NCBI RefSeq assembly: GCF_009834535.1
Contig: NC_045697.1
Coordinates: forward strand, 58,282,001 to 58,346,000
From: Camelus ferus
Lineage: Eukaryota
Length of the DNA: 64,000 bases
Reading direction: 5' to 3'
The notes beneath the pieces are model-generated. The model made no database searches. It worked only from the letters and a program-made list of their open reading frames with translations, and was not told the origin of the DNA. Position numbers and translations under genes: made by a program. This document shows, piece by piece, positions 1 to 14,229 of this stretch (the stretch's first letter is position 1; each line of letters starts with the position of its first letter).

Positions 1-1534
1 AATCTTGACGTTTATATTTCCAAAGCCTAGTCTATGCTTAGGTAAGTTTTATTTACTTAAGGCACACTGTATTTTACATAAGCATCCCATTAATCGTGGA
101 ACTTTTAAAGGGTTCCAACTAAGATATTCTTGTTAAAGTTGCTCCACTCAGTATATTAGAGTAGATATTCTTGCTTTTCCAACTAATGTCCTACTGTTTG
201 GTATTAAAATTGGCACAAGTTTTTTATGTTATGAGTAGTGATATGTATGTATAATTGACTTAAAATTGATTAGAAAAAGTACAAAATTGACAGAAATCTA
301 AAAATAAACTAAGCAGAGATCCATAATAATTTACAAAAACCATAACGATGCATCAAAATTGCAAATGCTCAAAACACCAGCAACTGAGACTCTGTTCTCA
401 ACAATAATTATTATGTTGATCAGTTTGTTTTCTCTTAAACTGCCTTAGGCAATTAGCAAGGGAAGAAGTTGGGAGATTGGGAGGGCTGCAAAAGTTAACT
501 TCACAATACTGTTCTCTCCCAGGAACTGGAATAAATGATTTCTCCAGGAAACAGATTTATAAGGAAATAAGTTGCACTCTATCACTCCCCAGATTTTATT
601 CTCTTAACCTATGGGTCTTAACAATTAACCCTTAATAATTAAAAGCAGGGATGTGGCTGTGCTCCTGGGTGGAGAAGACCATTATTCTCTCAGGCCAGTC
701 CTACTCCCACTTCCTAATATAATTGCCCTTTAACAAATACATTATTTTTGGTGTATCATCTTGGGACCACTGGATGTGGGTTTAGCTTTTGCCTCAAGAA
801 AATATTAAGTTAAGTCAAAATATTCCACAAAATTAATTTCAAGGCCACACCACAGGCAAATAAAATAAAATAAAACAAAATCGCTTCCTAAAAGAATTCC
901 TACCCTAAATACTGTATCTTGTTCCAAGGACACATATAGATTACCAGTAATTTGGTAATCAGCTTCATGATGGCAGAAATATACCTCAAAGAACACAAAT
1001 ATTTAAATGTCTGACATTTAAATACTATTCATTCCTCTCCCATTTATCAAAGTCCAGAAAGAAATTAAAGTCCAAAATTTAATTCTACTTCAAAATTACT
1101 AAAATCTCAAGAAATAAAGTCCGCAATTACCATATTACCATCCTTGATTTCTTACACTGCTCACTCTCAGCCAGAGTGGTCTCATGGAATCCCAGGTAAT
1201 TATTCTCTTGACTTGGTTTTCCCAGGAATTTTTTTAAAAAGCTCTTTTAGGCTTCAAAGTTGAATTAATTAAACCCTAAATCTACTTATATTTTAAATTA
1301 TTGATAAAGACCTTAAAAAGACAATGCCCAGCACATACTAAGAGTGAGCAATAAAATTACTATTATTATTGTATGTATGTATGGTTGTATTTAAAGCACC
1401 CTTAATAAATTCAAGGACATGTCTTATTATTGCAAAACTGGCCATATACCCACAAAATTAAGAGAACACAAGAAATTCCCAAGTGTCCATAAGCAATCTT
1501 ACATTCTCAGTGTTATCAGTCTCCATACTAATGT

Positions 1535-2144
1535 TGTCGAAGGCTCCTATTACCTGAAGGAAGGTTCAGACTACCAAGATGCTGTGAGAATAAAGGAAAA
1601 ATCCTCTTGGTTTCACCTCAGCAGGGTGCCAGCTAGGCTGTGCAGACTGATGTAGTGCACAACCTGTTAAGTTTAACATCAATGAATAAAACAAGTGATT
1701 CATTATGTCACCATCTTTACTCTATCTCAGGAAGTGGGGAAGGAAGGTGGAGCAGGACCAACCTATTCTTTCTGCCTTATTTCCTGGTGAATAATAACCC
1801 GTTTTCATGTAAAATGCAGACGTCTTCAGTGGCGACCCCCACAGTCCCTGGGACTTACCTGGTAAGCTTCCTACTTCTGGCATTTTAACCCACTTACTTA
1901 CCTTTTGCCTCTTGCTCTTAAAATTGCCTTAGCCCTATGAAATCTGCCTACTAAAAGCAAAGCCTCACACCACATTTTTTCCCCCAGCTGGAGAATTATC
2001 CTCAGCAGAATCTTGAATCAAAAGTACAGCTGATCCTTTCGAAACACATGCCTTGAAATTCTGCAGCAGACCATAAACCTACCTCAAAAATTGTCCTTTT
2101 CACAACCTTCGCATTTTCCATAACCTGAGTAATTGTACTCGACA
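1535..2144. mobile_element. Possible ERV solo LTR
   Basis: Bounded by inverted TGTCGA...TCGACA termini; ~610 bp; LTR-like pyrimidine-rich interior. No target-site duplication found and family not recognised. Confidence 0.3.
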
Positions 2145-2789
2145 GTAGCAGAAACATTTTGTTTTACCAAGTATGTTTTTATCCTTTAATGGGATTTCCC
2201 TCTAGTGTTCTGTTTTCTTCTGTTTCTTCTTTCAGGCAGGCTCAGTAGATTTTACTCTTAAATTGTCTGTCCCTTTTCCTCTCTCCTAAGTGTACTTTTT
2301 TACCTTTTTCTTTTTTCACTTTACTTTTGGGTCAAGATATTAATTAGACCCTATCTGTTAATGTCCTGCTGGGTTTCCCTTTAGTAGATTTCATGTTCCC
2401 TATGTCTTTCCTTTGAGTCCTAACTACATACCTTTCCCTGGTGGGCTATCTAAGGATAAGTGTCCTACTGAAACTAATCTAAAAATGATAAAATATATGA
2501 AGTTTATCCTTATCTTCTCAAGTCAGGCTCCTTTTGTATCTATCCTATTTCTTCTTTTCTTACCACGTTGTGTCCCATTCCTCAATGATTAACTCAAGTT
2601 CTTTTAATTACTGATTTCATGTCTGAAGTTTAATAGGGAACCTCTTAAGAGTGTACTTCTTTGGATCCAGGCTTTCTCTGGGGCATCACTCCAGTTTACT
2701 CCATGAAGTCATGCCACTTCATTTCTGATAGGTTTCTCTGACCCAAGTCAACCTAGTAATAACTCACATATAGTTGCCCTTTTAATAGT

Positions 2790-2922
2790 ATTTTATCAGC
2801 AATAAGTTCTGAGTATATCTGCTAAAACGTGAGCTCTCTAGAGGGCAGGGATTTTTGTCTTTTTTTTTTTTTCTTCTGTACAGTATATCAAGTGCTTAAG
2901 TATTTTTTTCAACAAATAAATA
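2790..2922 (+). mobile_element. L2 LINE 3' end fragment
   Basis: gtgagctctctagagggcagggatttttgtc...gtgcttaagtatttt...aacaaataaat resembles the L2 3' terminus. Confidence 0.65.
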
Positions 2923-3914
2923 CATCTAGATTTTTAGTCTTTCATATAGATCTAGTTTGTCTTCAGTGAACTTGCCTCCTTTTAAGTATGTTTCTCCAAT
3001 ACTCCTTGATACTTCCCCAGTGTGCTTGCAGATTTTTCCAGAATTAAAATAATTTCTTGAGCCTCATTCATCTAACATCTTGAAATTCCTCTGATGTCTG
3101 AAGTTCTTATACTCCTTTGGTGCCAACAGATTTTCTACAACAAAGCACCCCACATACTTTGACCTTGGGATGTGTAGTAATCTCATTCAAAGTTTCTTCT
3201 ATCCCTTTCAAAAAGAATCGATAGTACCATTAAAACAGATGCCCCTCTCTATTTATCTGTTTTTCAATAAATATTCACCACTCCTCTGTGGTTGAATATG
3301 CTGACTGGCTCCTGAAGTCAACGTTCACAGTCAGAGCTTATATAACCAATAAAACAAACATGATTTGAAACCATGTGTTAGAGGGGAGGTGGAAGTGGCC
3401 CTCCAACTAATGGTTAGGCCACATAAATACAGTAAGTTATCAACTATACAGTGTTTTTTCTTTAGTCCTGAATAGAACTAATAAAATAAAGTAGAACAAT
3501 GATTTGGGCTGTTGATTTAATATGCCAACTAACGATCAACACTAAAATTAGAAGGCAAAAACCTCATGCTCTAATGCTCTGTAGCCCATGTGACATGTAG
3601 CTTGTCTTTGAGGTTTAAAGTCACAGCCTGTAGACTCTGTTGAGAGATTACAAGGAGGAAAAGAGCTCCCAACAACCAGTGTGTATAAAGCCTGTATTCC
3701 GCTCCTTTTGAGGTTAAGCTTCAGTGAGACCAAAGACACTCTTTTCTTGGTTCTCTAATCCCTGGCTTGGTGGTACCTACTTAGGTTATAGCTGCTATCC
3801 AAGGTCAGTCTCCAAGATGTAAATAGTCATGCAAGCTAAAATCAGCCACCATTTTCCCTCCCTCTGAAAAAATTATCTTGAATTTTATCACGTAGTACTT
3901 AGAGATGCTGAGTG

Positions 3915-4930
3915 TGTTTATTTATCTAATTGATATTTATGAAACACATCCCAAATGCCTGAAAGTACATAAGATTCTAGAAATCAAATAGTAGTCCGCA
4001 GATGCCACATGGCTTTCAGTCTAGTCAAGAGGCAGACATTAAATAAATAAAAAACAATTAGAAACAGCATTTCATCAGTTTTAAAACACAGTTTTGGTGT
4101 GTTTTCTTTCACATTCTATTGTATCTTACAATCAGTGGTGTTTTATAATCTCTGAAAACCAGGCAAGCACTCATTATGTAGTTGTCATTGCCAACATACG
4201 ACCAAGCTGTTGTCACTTAAGTTGAATGATGTGTATTGCTGGAAACACACTGGTGAATTTCAGTGACATTTTAAATGCTTCCAAAAGATAACATTCTGAT
4301 TTGTCCTGAAATTTAAAATGTTATTTTTTATTAAAAAAAAGAGAGAGAGAGAAAGAGAGAGAAAAACGGGGTAAGGCAAATGTGATATGAGGGAAGAGGT
4401 AGGAGCTAAATCATGATAGTAGCCTATAGGCTATAAGAGTGAATTTTAATTTTATTCAAAGTGCAATGGTAAATTATTGACATATTTTAATCAGGTAAAT
4501 AACATAATCTAGTTTGTATTCTAAAAGATCAGTCTACCTGAATTGTGAAAGCTAATTGAGAAACAATACCAGAAGGGGAACCATTTAAGAGCTTATTAGG
4601 AATGTAGGATGGAGGAGTAGAGTAGAGATTGGGAAAAGTATACAATTTGGGATACATTTGGAGGTAGAATCTCTAGGACTTGATGGTAAATTGAATTTAA
4701 GAGGAGAGAAAAAGGCAAGTGTCAAGGATGACTCCCAGATTTCTAGACAGAACAGTTGGGTGTGATTTATTACATGGGCATGTTTTACTAAGATGGATAT
4801 GGTTGGAGAAATGGTTAAGACTAGAGTCACTAATACTGAACACTGAGACCAGAAATACATATAGAAAATCCGATTACTCACTCACTGAGTTGAGGCAGTT
4901 AGGAGACAGAAACTTCACTGGTTATTTGAA
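3915..4930 (-). mobile_element. Degenerate L2 LINE, interrupted by a DNA transposon fragment
   Basis: ttgggatacatttggaggtagaatc...gtgtcaaggatgactcccagatttct matches the antisense strand of L2. Confidence 0.7.
4064..4330. mobile_element. Tc2-type DNA transposon fragment (MER104/Kanga-like)
   Basis: Starts cagcatttcatcagttttaaaacac...tatcttacaatcagtggtg, similar to the MER104/Kanga terminus CCGTATTTCATCGATTCTAAGA...TCTTACAATCGATGG. Confidence 0.5.
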
Positions 4931-4999
4931 GAGAGAAATGTCAACATGAAGATTTGTTAACCAGTTAAAAAAAAAAAAGTTTTAACTTCTAAGACTAAA

Positions 5000-5546
5000 T
5001 AAAATAGACTTTAATGGATCTAGAAGCAGTAGGTGCAAAAGGGCAACTATATCTCTAGACTGAGGATGAGAAACAGTAAAGGAACTGAAAACCAGGAAAG
5101 ACCCCTGTCCAGCCAATGCTTGATTCCGACTTCAGCAAAGAGAGCATGGCCGCCACAGAGACTCACAGCCTGTCAGTGATGAAAAAACTTGTTGGAGGGC
5201 TTGGCTGGTAAGAGTTGGTAGAAGCAACCCACCGTTGGGGCGTGGGCAGACAGGAGCCTTCAGACAGGCTGCTGGTGTAGAGAACATGGCCTGAGGGCAC
5301 AGCTGAGCTTGTCTGCAAGGCCCCCTGGAGTCTCAGGCTCAATTACATAAATGGAGACTTTGACCCTGGAAAGGAAGTGTCTTCCTACTGCTATCAGCTT
5401 ACGGAGTCACTCCAGTGCCCTCTACTGATGAAGTTTAACATTCTGCCAGCTAGGAAAGGAGTTTACAGAGCCCAGCTCCAGAGTCCCAAGGCAAGGTAAA
5501 CAAGATAGATTTGGAGCTGAAAGACAATAAATTGATAATTGGCACA
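5000..5546 (-). mobile_element. ERVL solo LTR (LTR33/LTR41-like)
   Basis: Ends gatttggagctgaaagacaataaattgataattggcaca, the reverse complement of an LTR33/41-type start (TGTGCCA.TTATCAATTTATTG.CT.TCAGCTCCAAATC). Left boundary is approximate. Confidence 0.65.
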
Positions 5547-5639
5547 GTCATTTATGTGTTAGTTCTTTGATAATAGTCAACTGTAGGTATATTGGTTACC
5601 TTGTTTAATCCACCATATTTAAGGTACTAGCTGAATATA

Positions 5640-6903
5640 ATGCTAGCATTAACTATTTACCTATTTCAAATAACAACTCTAGACATTGCTAAGGAAAGAC
5701 TTTGTTAGAAAAAAACATTGCAAGAGAGGGAAAGGGTATTGTGACTAGGGGAGACTATTGCAAGAGGAAAAAAGCTCTGACCCTGAGATCTGCCAGTGTC
5801 CCAGAGGTCAGGCAGAAAAGGGTTTTCTTTTATAAGGAGTAAATAAGGCTAAAATGGGTGGGAAAGTTAGTAGATAGTAGATAAGAAAATATTTTATCCT
5901 GATGCCTTAAAAATAGCTTAGGGGAGGCTATTAAGGAAGTTGTATGCTACTCAGGCTGAGGGTATGTCTATGTTTAGGGGCCTAAGAGAAGAAGAGAAGC
6001 TTAACCAAAGTCTGCTTAACAAGCATTTTGTTCCAATAGATCAGTGAGGCACACTGTTCAGCTAATCATCAAAGGCAAAAAGGGGCATTTGGAGAGTCTG
6101 TGCCTGGCTCATCACGGGTAAACCAGGAGGCATCCCACGTGGGATGGAAGGTTCTTCCAATTAAAGCCTTTTCAGGAACACAAAATGGTTGTGTCATCAG
6201 CAGATGCAACTAGTGTTCCAGGTTCTTGTCCCATCCCAGGAAGAATTCAGAGATAAGACGTAGTGGTTAAAAAAGGTAAGTAAAGTGAGGATTTATCAAA
6301 GGATGGATGATAGTACACCCTCAAGGGGAGAGCGGGCAGGCTCAGGTGAGTGGCTGTCCTGTGTTTCTTTGGCAAGTTAGCTACATAGGGTGTAAAAATG
6401 AATGGGCAGAATATTCACTGAGGAGGGAAGGGCTTGGGGTCATATTTCCTGATTATCATCCCAACTCCACCTTCCCAAAGGGAGCAGGGATTTTGTCCTT
6501 ATTTAGTCTGGATCGGAAGTGTCATGGTGTTGGTGTATGATGGGTACTTCTGATCTGCAAAGCTAATTTTATTGAAATGAAAGCATAATGAGCAAAAGGT
6601 TACATTCGGACACTGGAAATTCCTGCCTTTTCTCACCTTTCTTTGCTGGTCTCCAGGCCAAAAGGTGTGGCCCCTTATCAGCCCAAAGGCTCCTGCTTTT
6701 CTTTCTCTGCCCAGGGACTCCTGGTGCTTACATGATGTATGTTTTCTTGCATTTGGCCTGTGCCCCTCCTTTCTGCCAATTCCTGCCACTTGGTTTGTGT
6801 CCCCCTTTCTCTGCTCATATCTAGCTATCTGCCTGCTCTAACAGTTAGGGGAGTTCTTTAACTTTCACTCTTCCAGGATCACAAGGCTAGTTCAATATCG
6901 TCA
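5640..6903 (-). mobile_element. Older ERV1-type LTR, split by a younger LTR at 6192-6843
   Basis: LTR-like antisense text (gaaagactttgttag..., cagaaaagggttttcttttata) continues across the insertion: ...ttcaggaacacaaaatggttg / gggagttctttaactttc... Confidence 0.5.
6192..6843 (-). mobile_element. Younger lineage-specific ERV solo LTR
   Basis: TG...CA termini (tgtcatcagc...ctgctctaaca), 652 bp, flanked by a 4-bp near-duplication GTTG/GTTA; motif ggttcttgtcccatcccaggaagaattcagaga typical of ERV1 LTR antisense strands. Confidence 0.75.
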
Positions 6904-8598
6904 CTACTGATCTGTTTAGAAAATATTATCCTTTTCAGGACTGTTTCTATAATAAACAAGTAAACCAAGCTAATCACTTGTCCTAATTCTTCCTAGTAAG
7001 CATATATAAAATTCTTTAAATTGGAATAAGCACCAGGACCCCGTTTCAAATTACTTGACCCTTACGGTTTGAAAAACATAAGAGAAAAGGAAAAGCAAGA
7101 ACAACAAAATTATACAATCTGGCTTTCATATAAAAGCATCTTTTTATACCAGATTTTAACCAAAAGGACTCTAAGCTAAAGGATCCCATAGTGCTTGGAA
7201 CTCAGGACAAATCCTAACATTGCTCATGCAAAAAACAATGTAAGAAAACAGATCCAGAATGAGAGCCAAGAAAAAAAAGAGAAGATAAAGTGCAGAGGTC
7301 AACAAGGAGCTATTTTACCTACTGCCTCCCTAGCTCAGCTTCGGTGAGATATCTCAAAGAAATGGTGGTCCTTTTGCCTTCCAGACCTCTCTTTTTCTAC
7401 TGTGTTTTCACACATAGACCAGAACAGAGAAAGCCTGAACTGCAGCTATTTAGAAGTAGCCTGTCACAGACTGTCAGTATCCAGTATCCGGAGAGAGTTA
7501 TTAAGAATATTTCAGCATGAAATGCTAATGGGGCTAGTGTTGTAATTAGAATGAAAATGTTGAGGATAATAATGTTGTTGTTGATGACGGTGATGATGAT
7601 GGTGTAAAAAGACACATGCCCTGAGAAAGCCGTAACCCTAAAGGGCATCACCTTTAACAGAGAAGAGATTTTTATCATCAGGCTATAAGGCCAATATAAT
7701 GGGAATCCTGATTTTTTTTCTATGTTAACTTATTTATTTGAACTACCATTTTAACTGCCATTTATAGGAGGACAGTATTTTTCCATCTAGAAAGGCTATT
7801 GCAAGGGAGAATTAACTTAATTTGTGAAGCCCTTTGTAATTTCAAGTTATCCTTAAATCATTCCTTTTAACCACTCTGGTAAGGAGATATATCCAATGTC
7901 ATGCTTTAAAAGCCAATTAATTTTTAAAGTCAGAAAGATATAAAATAGGCATGTATCTGCCCTGAGAATTTTGTTTATTACTCTACTCTGCCTTAGAGAA
8001 GGTTCCACGGTGAGAATCAAAGGTATGCTGGCACTGCTATCAAAATATATTTAAAGTCACGCACTATAAATTAGCCAGGAAAATGATAGTACTATTTACC
8101 TCTCCTTGCCTAATCCTTGGTAATAGGCTTTTATTTTGTGTGACTGCAAACCATAAAGAACTTCTCTTCATTTTCTTTATTGTTGCAATTAGCCATATAA
8201 ACTCAAATGCTCTAATTAATCAGAAGCAAAGGCTGTGCTCTGCTCCTGTTTTTATCCACAGTGTCCAGAAGACAGCCAGCCCTCAGTGACCAGGCCACTG
8301 CATACTCTACTCTCACTCTGTCAATACTCAAACAAAAATGCTGCTGGGGTCAGTTTTTGAGAAGCCAGTTAGTTTCCACACTTCATTTACTGGTTTATCC
8401 CAGAGAACATTTCAGTAACTTCTCGTCTCTTAATATTCTTTGTAGAGAGGCAGCACTTGTTTCCGCATGCTTTCTCCCACTGTTCTGAACAAATCATCCT
8501 CTGAATAATACACCTCTTTCACATATTTTCAGTTTATTTCCCCAATCTCATTTGCCACTAGTTGATGTCCACACAGCAATGACATACCTCTTCTGGGC

Positions 8599-9129
8599 AG
8601 TTAGATAAGTGGGGGCATCGGGCAGATAGGTGGAGGAGAGGGAGGATGGTCCGGAAGACGACGTTATGCCTGCCTTCGGCATAAGAGGACTTGACTTCTA
8701 AATGAGTCTCAGCGAGAAACTGGTTAGAACCTGACAGCCACAGCTGCGTGGCAGCAGAAAGGACTTAACTGGACACGACCCAATGTTCACTGTATTATAA
8801 TCAGAACTGCAGTTTAGGCCCCTCTCATTATAGGTTTTTCTGTGAACACCATGGGTAAGGACATGTGCAAAAGGGGCCAAACATGACTAAGCATTCCAGG
8901 GACAAGAGCCGTCAATCAAGAGACCACCTCTAAGCAAGGGTGTAAGAGAAGGGGAGACAAAAGCCGCAGCTTTTCCTCCCTTGGATCACCTGCCTCCCGT
9001 TCTTGGAGGCGTACTTTTCCTTTTTTAAATACATCTTTTAAAATCTTTTGCTACACAACGCACCAATCTCCCGACTATAAACTTATCTCAGGTATGACAA
9101 GAACTGAGGTCTTTACCTTTTGGTTTAAC
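8599..9129 (+). mobile_element. ERV solo LTR, relatively young
   Basis: Begins (a)gttagataag and ends ggtttaaca; retains many CpGs; R/U5-like ggaggcgtacttttcc...aaataca...gacaagaac. No clear TSD. Confidence 0.6.
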
Positions 9130-11991
9130 ATATTGAAGTTATTTTTAATTAAAAATCCACCTTGGTTTGAATGCACAGCCACTATGTAAGTTTCTATGTT
9201 TGACAACTGTAGAAAAATTTATTTTTTCACTGAAGAAAATGAGCGAAGAGATTTGCATGCTACTAATAGGGAGGATGAAGGACCAAAGTGGGATTTTAGA
9301 AAAGCTGGGTTTTATAAGATATAGGACAAGAGCACCCCCCCTTGCCGCCAAATAACTGGAAACAACAGCATTTGGGGGAGGAGAAAGTTACAATAACATA
9401 TCAAATAGAAGTTCTCACACTTCTGATCAAGCAATGTTGAGTGAAGGGAATTGTTCTTGAAGGGAAAAAAAGGTGAGGTAGTGGTAGTAGGTAAATATGT
9501 CAAGTCATGTTACAAGACAGGAGCTATAACAGAGGGAAGGCAGTTATTTTTGTCCCCTAGACCTAGTTATAGCCTTTGCAGATACAAAAGTTTCAGAGAT
9601 GTGCATATTAAACCATGATGATATAATTTAATTTTCTCAAATGGATCATCCATTCTTTTATATTTCTTGCATAAATAATCCCTACCAAACTTTATTAAAC
9701 AGATCCAATATTGCATCATGAAAATAACTTAACAGAAAGGAAAGAACACACCATGCATTCATGAATATAATAGTCACAGTTGTTAAGTACCTAGTAATCT
9801 ATTTGGATGAAAGGTGCTATACAAACGTAAACCCATCATTTACATAAATAGATTACATCTACAATTGGTTTGCAAACGTTTCTTAAGAGATTTCCACCTC
9901 TTAATTATTTTCTCTGAGCCCCTTCTTGCAATAACCATTCATTATTGACAATACTGTAATGCAATTCTCTCTTCAAATAAAAGGTTTTATTGATTTAACT
10001 GGCTAAACACAGTAACTCAGAGACCCAGAGAAAGACTTCCATAATGATTTAAAAAAAGATAAAGCAAGCAAAAAATAAAAACTTGAAAAGATAATGAAAT
10101 GCAGATAGCAGCCAAACAATCATATTTTCTCTTGCGTATTTTTCACAGAAAGAGAGGCTTTTTGAATGAAGATAAACTGAAAGGGAAAGGATATTTACTT
10201 CAATGCTCCCTTTATTTTCCTTTATTTCATTCTGTGTGATATATTAACAGAGACTACAGACACTACTACTACTAGAACTGATGGGATATGAAATCTCTTG
10301 ATGGTACATGTTTGTACACATGGACTGCAACTTTGAGATTTTGAAGCATGGGGTTGTTGAGTCATAAAGCTCTCCAAGAGTGTTACTGGGAAAATTACAG
10401 TCTTCTTGAACAGATCTCATTAATGGAGGAAATCAAGCTTAGCAGCTACTTCTAGCAGGAGTGACAGACTCAGAAAAAAAGAGAACAGGACCTACTGATG
10501 GATAGGGTCTTTTTTTTTTTAATATTTTTTTTATTTGTGTGTGTTTGTTTTTTGCATTAAGATTGGCTTGATAGAACAAAATTTTATATCGATATTTCAA
10601 AGCTTTCTACCAGTTTCTTAGGTTTTCTAAGAGTAAAATTTTTTTCTTCTTTTGCTTTGTATTTTTAATGCAAATCGAGCAAAGAAGTGGGGAAAAAGAG
10701 TTTTCTCTGAGAAATTAAGATTAAGGAAGCATATTTTTCCCTAAAGTAAGATATTCCACGAAGGTTGTTTTTGCTTGTTTGTTTTTTTAAAATATATAAG
10801 GTAGGAATTAAAAGAAAAGTTAGATTTAAAAGAAGACAAAATTTAAACCTGTTCTTCTGTTTACTATAATTAATCCCAATCTTACTTATTCTGAGATCTT
10901 GTATTTAGGGTAACCACTTTTGCATAATTTCATTTCAAAATATTCACCTCATTGATAATTTATCATGCTGATTCACTTTTTTTTTATGTTAGCATGCTTA
11001 ATTTGTAAACAATTTAAGCATCCTGATGTTTAATATTATCTGGACGGTACCTAGATTTCAGAAAATACCAAAATAAAAGCTATTTATTTTGAGGTCAACA
11101 AAGTATAAGGAAATATCTTCTGTCATTCTTGCTTGAAACCCATGATCTAAAATCACTCCCATACAGGAATTAGAAGGTTTCCTCTACAGTTTAAATTGAT
11201 ATGCCTTACAACATAAGAATGACCTATGCAGCTTAATTGATTTTTATAGTATGCAAACAAATTTGAATGAAAGTCAATGTTGAAAATCCTATGGTAGCTA
11301 AGAAGCACAAATTAGATCACAATAAGAACACACTTATGTAATATTGTATGCTTTTGAACTGAATAAGAAAATCTCCTTTCCCCCAAGATTTCCATGATTG
11401 GAATCCAAAGAACATTTCTTCTAGTATAACTGTGTAAATTATATTTTTATAATTTGTTTTTATTCCCTTAATTTAGGGACTATATTGTTTAAATTCAAGG
11501 GACAATAGGACTTAACACAGTCATAAATATTGATATATCTTTTTAAATTAAAAAGGAATTCAAGAGATACTTTAGTCCAGAATCCATAATCTTCAAATAG
11601 AACCAAACCTGGAGTTATCATAAAAATATCTATTTAATTTGGCTATCTTTGCATATCATGTTTTCATATGATCTTAGGAAAGAACTCATATCCAAGTTAA
11701 TATCCCTGTATTTGAAAATAGTTTCCTTAGACCAATCCTTGTCAGAATTCAGGAAATAAATACTACTACCTGGCTGTCACATTTTGATTAACTAAGGACT
11801 GTGAATAAAGGCTAAAAAAACATGTCCTAGAAGAAGCCAAAGGGTACCAAATGCTTACATGATTCTACTAGTGTAGCTATGATTTTCTTGAGGACAAGGA
11901 TTCTAGAAAATAGCCTTATTTGAATTTAAGATGGCACAGTACTTTACACATGAAAAATACTCTACAAATAATAATTGAATACTTTTAATTT

Positions 11992-12606
11992 TGCACTAGT
12001 TTTCTATTCCTTCATAACAAATTACTGCAAACGTAGCATCATAAAACAACATACATCATTATCTCACAATTTCTATAGCCTAGGAATCTGGGCACAGTTT
12101 AGATCAGTCCTCTAGTCAGCATTTCACATGGCTACACATCAATGTTTCTGCAAGACTATGTCCTCATCTGGAGGCTTGACTGGTGAAGAATCCACCTGCA
12201 AGCTATTTTTCCTTGCAGCCGTATGAGTTGAGGGCCTCAGCTTTTTCCTGACTGTTGGTTAGAGACTGAACTCAGGTCCTAGATGATGTCCACAGGTCCT
12301 TACCATATAGGCTTCTCTAACATGGATGCTTACTTCATGAATTTCTAAAGGAGAATCTTTCACCCCCAGGAGAGCCCAGTCATTTTAAGCATTTTTGTAT
12401 GATTAAGTCAGGCCCTACTCAAGATTATCTCTCTTTTGATTAATGCAACATCAACTGATTAAGGGCCTTAATTACATCTGCAAAATTCCTTAACCTTTGC
12501 CATATTCTATCGACTAGTAGCAAATCACAGGTCCCACCTACACTCAAGGGACATGAACATTAGAGGGCAGGAATCATGGGGGCTACCCTAGAATCTGTCT
12601 GCCACA
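11992..12606 (-). mobile_element. MaLR LTR (MLT1E-like)
   Basis: ataacaaattactgcaaacgtagc...ttatctcacaatttct...ttaattacatctgcaaaattcct...ctagaatctgtctgccaca. Confidence 0.8.
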
Positions 12607-13054
12607 GAGGTGATCTGATTTACAAAAAAAACATAAGCTTGTAGTTACACAAACACAATGCTTATTGTCACTATCTGTGTGACATAAGACAAATCATTTC
12701 ACCTCTTTAACCCTCAATCTCTTTATCTATAAAAAGGAAGTGATAACCAGCCATTGTGATCAGTATGAATTAAAAGTTATGAATGTGTAGGAATTCATGA
12801 ATGGCTGGTAATGACATTTTTATCCTCTAGCCATTGTGTGAGGAATCAGAAAGGATCAGAGCTTTGTCTTAAGTAAATTCACTGAATTTGTCAAACCTAA
12901 AGTAAACCAAAAGTATCTGTCACTGATGCACACCAACTTCTTGCTTTCCTCTCTGGGCTCAATTCAACCTGATAGTAGGCCCTTGCACTAGCAAAGAAAA
13001 GGTGAGCTGGTGTTTACTAAGAACCTAGCATTGGTCAGGCTTTGTGCTAAATGA

Positions 13055-13128
13055 CGAGATAGAGATAGAGACAGAGATAGCAAAAGAGAGATAGAGAAGG
13101 GGCCAGAGACAAGAGACAGAGATAGATA
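13055..13128. repeat. GA-rich low-complexity repeat (AGAGAT/AGAGAC units)
   Basis: gagatagagatagagacagagatagc... visible directly. Confidence 0.8.
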
Positions 13129-13347
13129 CGTCTGTATGAATATATATAAAATTTTCATATATGAGGGTAGAGAAACACTATTATTCCTATTTTACATGAG
13201 GAAACTAAATCTACGACTCTAAAGCAAACAAAGTAACACTGTCACACATAGTGGCTACGGACAAGAGGATTTAAGTTAAAATTTTACATTTAAATGACAA
13301 CTCTCAACTTGAACATATTATTTAATCTCTCTGTGCTAATAATGATA

Positions 13348-13499
13348 CAGTTGGTCCTCCCATATGCTGGGGTTCCATGTCCATCGATATGGATTTCCAA
13401 CTCCACTACACCATTTTATGCAAGAGATTTGAGCAACCGGATTTGAGTATCCGCAGGGGGCCTGGAACCAATTCCCCTACAGATACCAAGGGACAATTG
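13348..13499 (-). mobile_element. Tigger-family DNA transposon, internally deleted (MER2-like), inserted in a MIR
   Basis: Terminal inverted repeats cagttggtcctc / gggacaattg; gagtatccgcagggggcctggaaccaattcccctacagataccaaggga is the reverse complement of the MER2 5' end; MIR-like flanks on both sides. Confidence 0.75.
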
Positions 13500-14229
13500 T
13501 CCTTACCTCCATGGGTTGTTACAAATACTAACTGAAATAATGTGTAAAGCATCTTGCACTTCCCTAAAACACTATTCATATTAGCTCTTATTATCATGAT
13601 TTTTATTTTTGGTAACAGTAGTATTAGAACTGTTTGGAATCGGGATTCAATTTCCGGTTCTGACCACTAATAATTTTCTTTTCTCTACGCCATTGTATAA
13701 GGTGGTAATTCCCCTTGAAACTAAAGGTACACTCAGGAGAGTACCTAACCCAGTAGTCCTCCCTCTCCATTAATCATACATTTTCAGATAATGTATCTCC
13801 AAAAGAAAAAGTATCTAATAAAGAAAACCCAAATAATAAAAAGTAAGGGATAGTATTACCTCAAAACTCACCCCATCTCAATACAAGTCTTTATGGGAAG
13901 AAAAAAGAAAAACCCTTCAAATTAATATTAATCAGCCTCCCTCATGCATGTTAAATATTTCATCATCTAGTACATTAATTTAAATGGTAAATTTTATCTC
14001 CAGATTTTTCCCTAGAGATCCACTTTGATATCTTAAATTCCAGCTTTAAATAGAAATGGAAAATACTAGGACATGGAGGACAACATGGAAGTTACATCCA
14101 TTGGGTTAAACTGGTTTCTGTGTGGGGTGTGGGAACAGGTGTCTAGTTGTCCAGGTTGAACATTTGTTTTAAACTGGTGACTGTTAATCATGTAATACCT
14201 CCCTATGAGAAAGGAAATTAGGAACTGAT

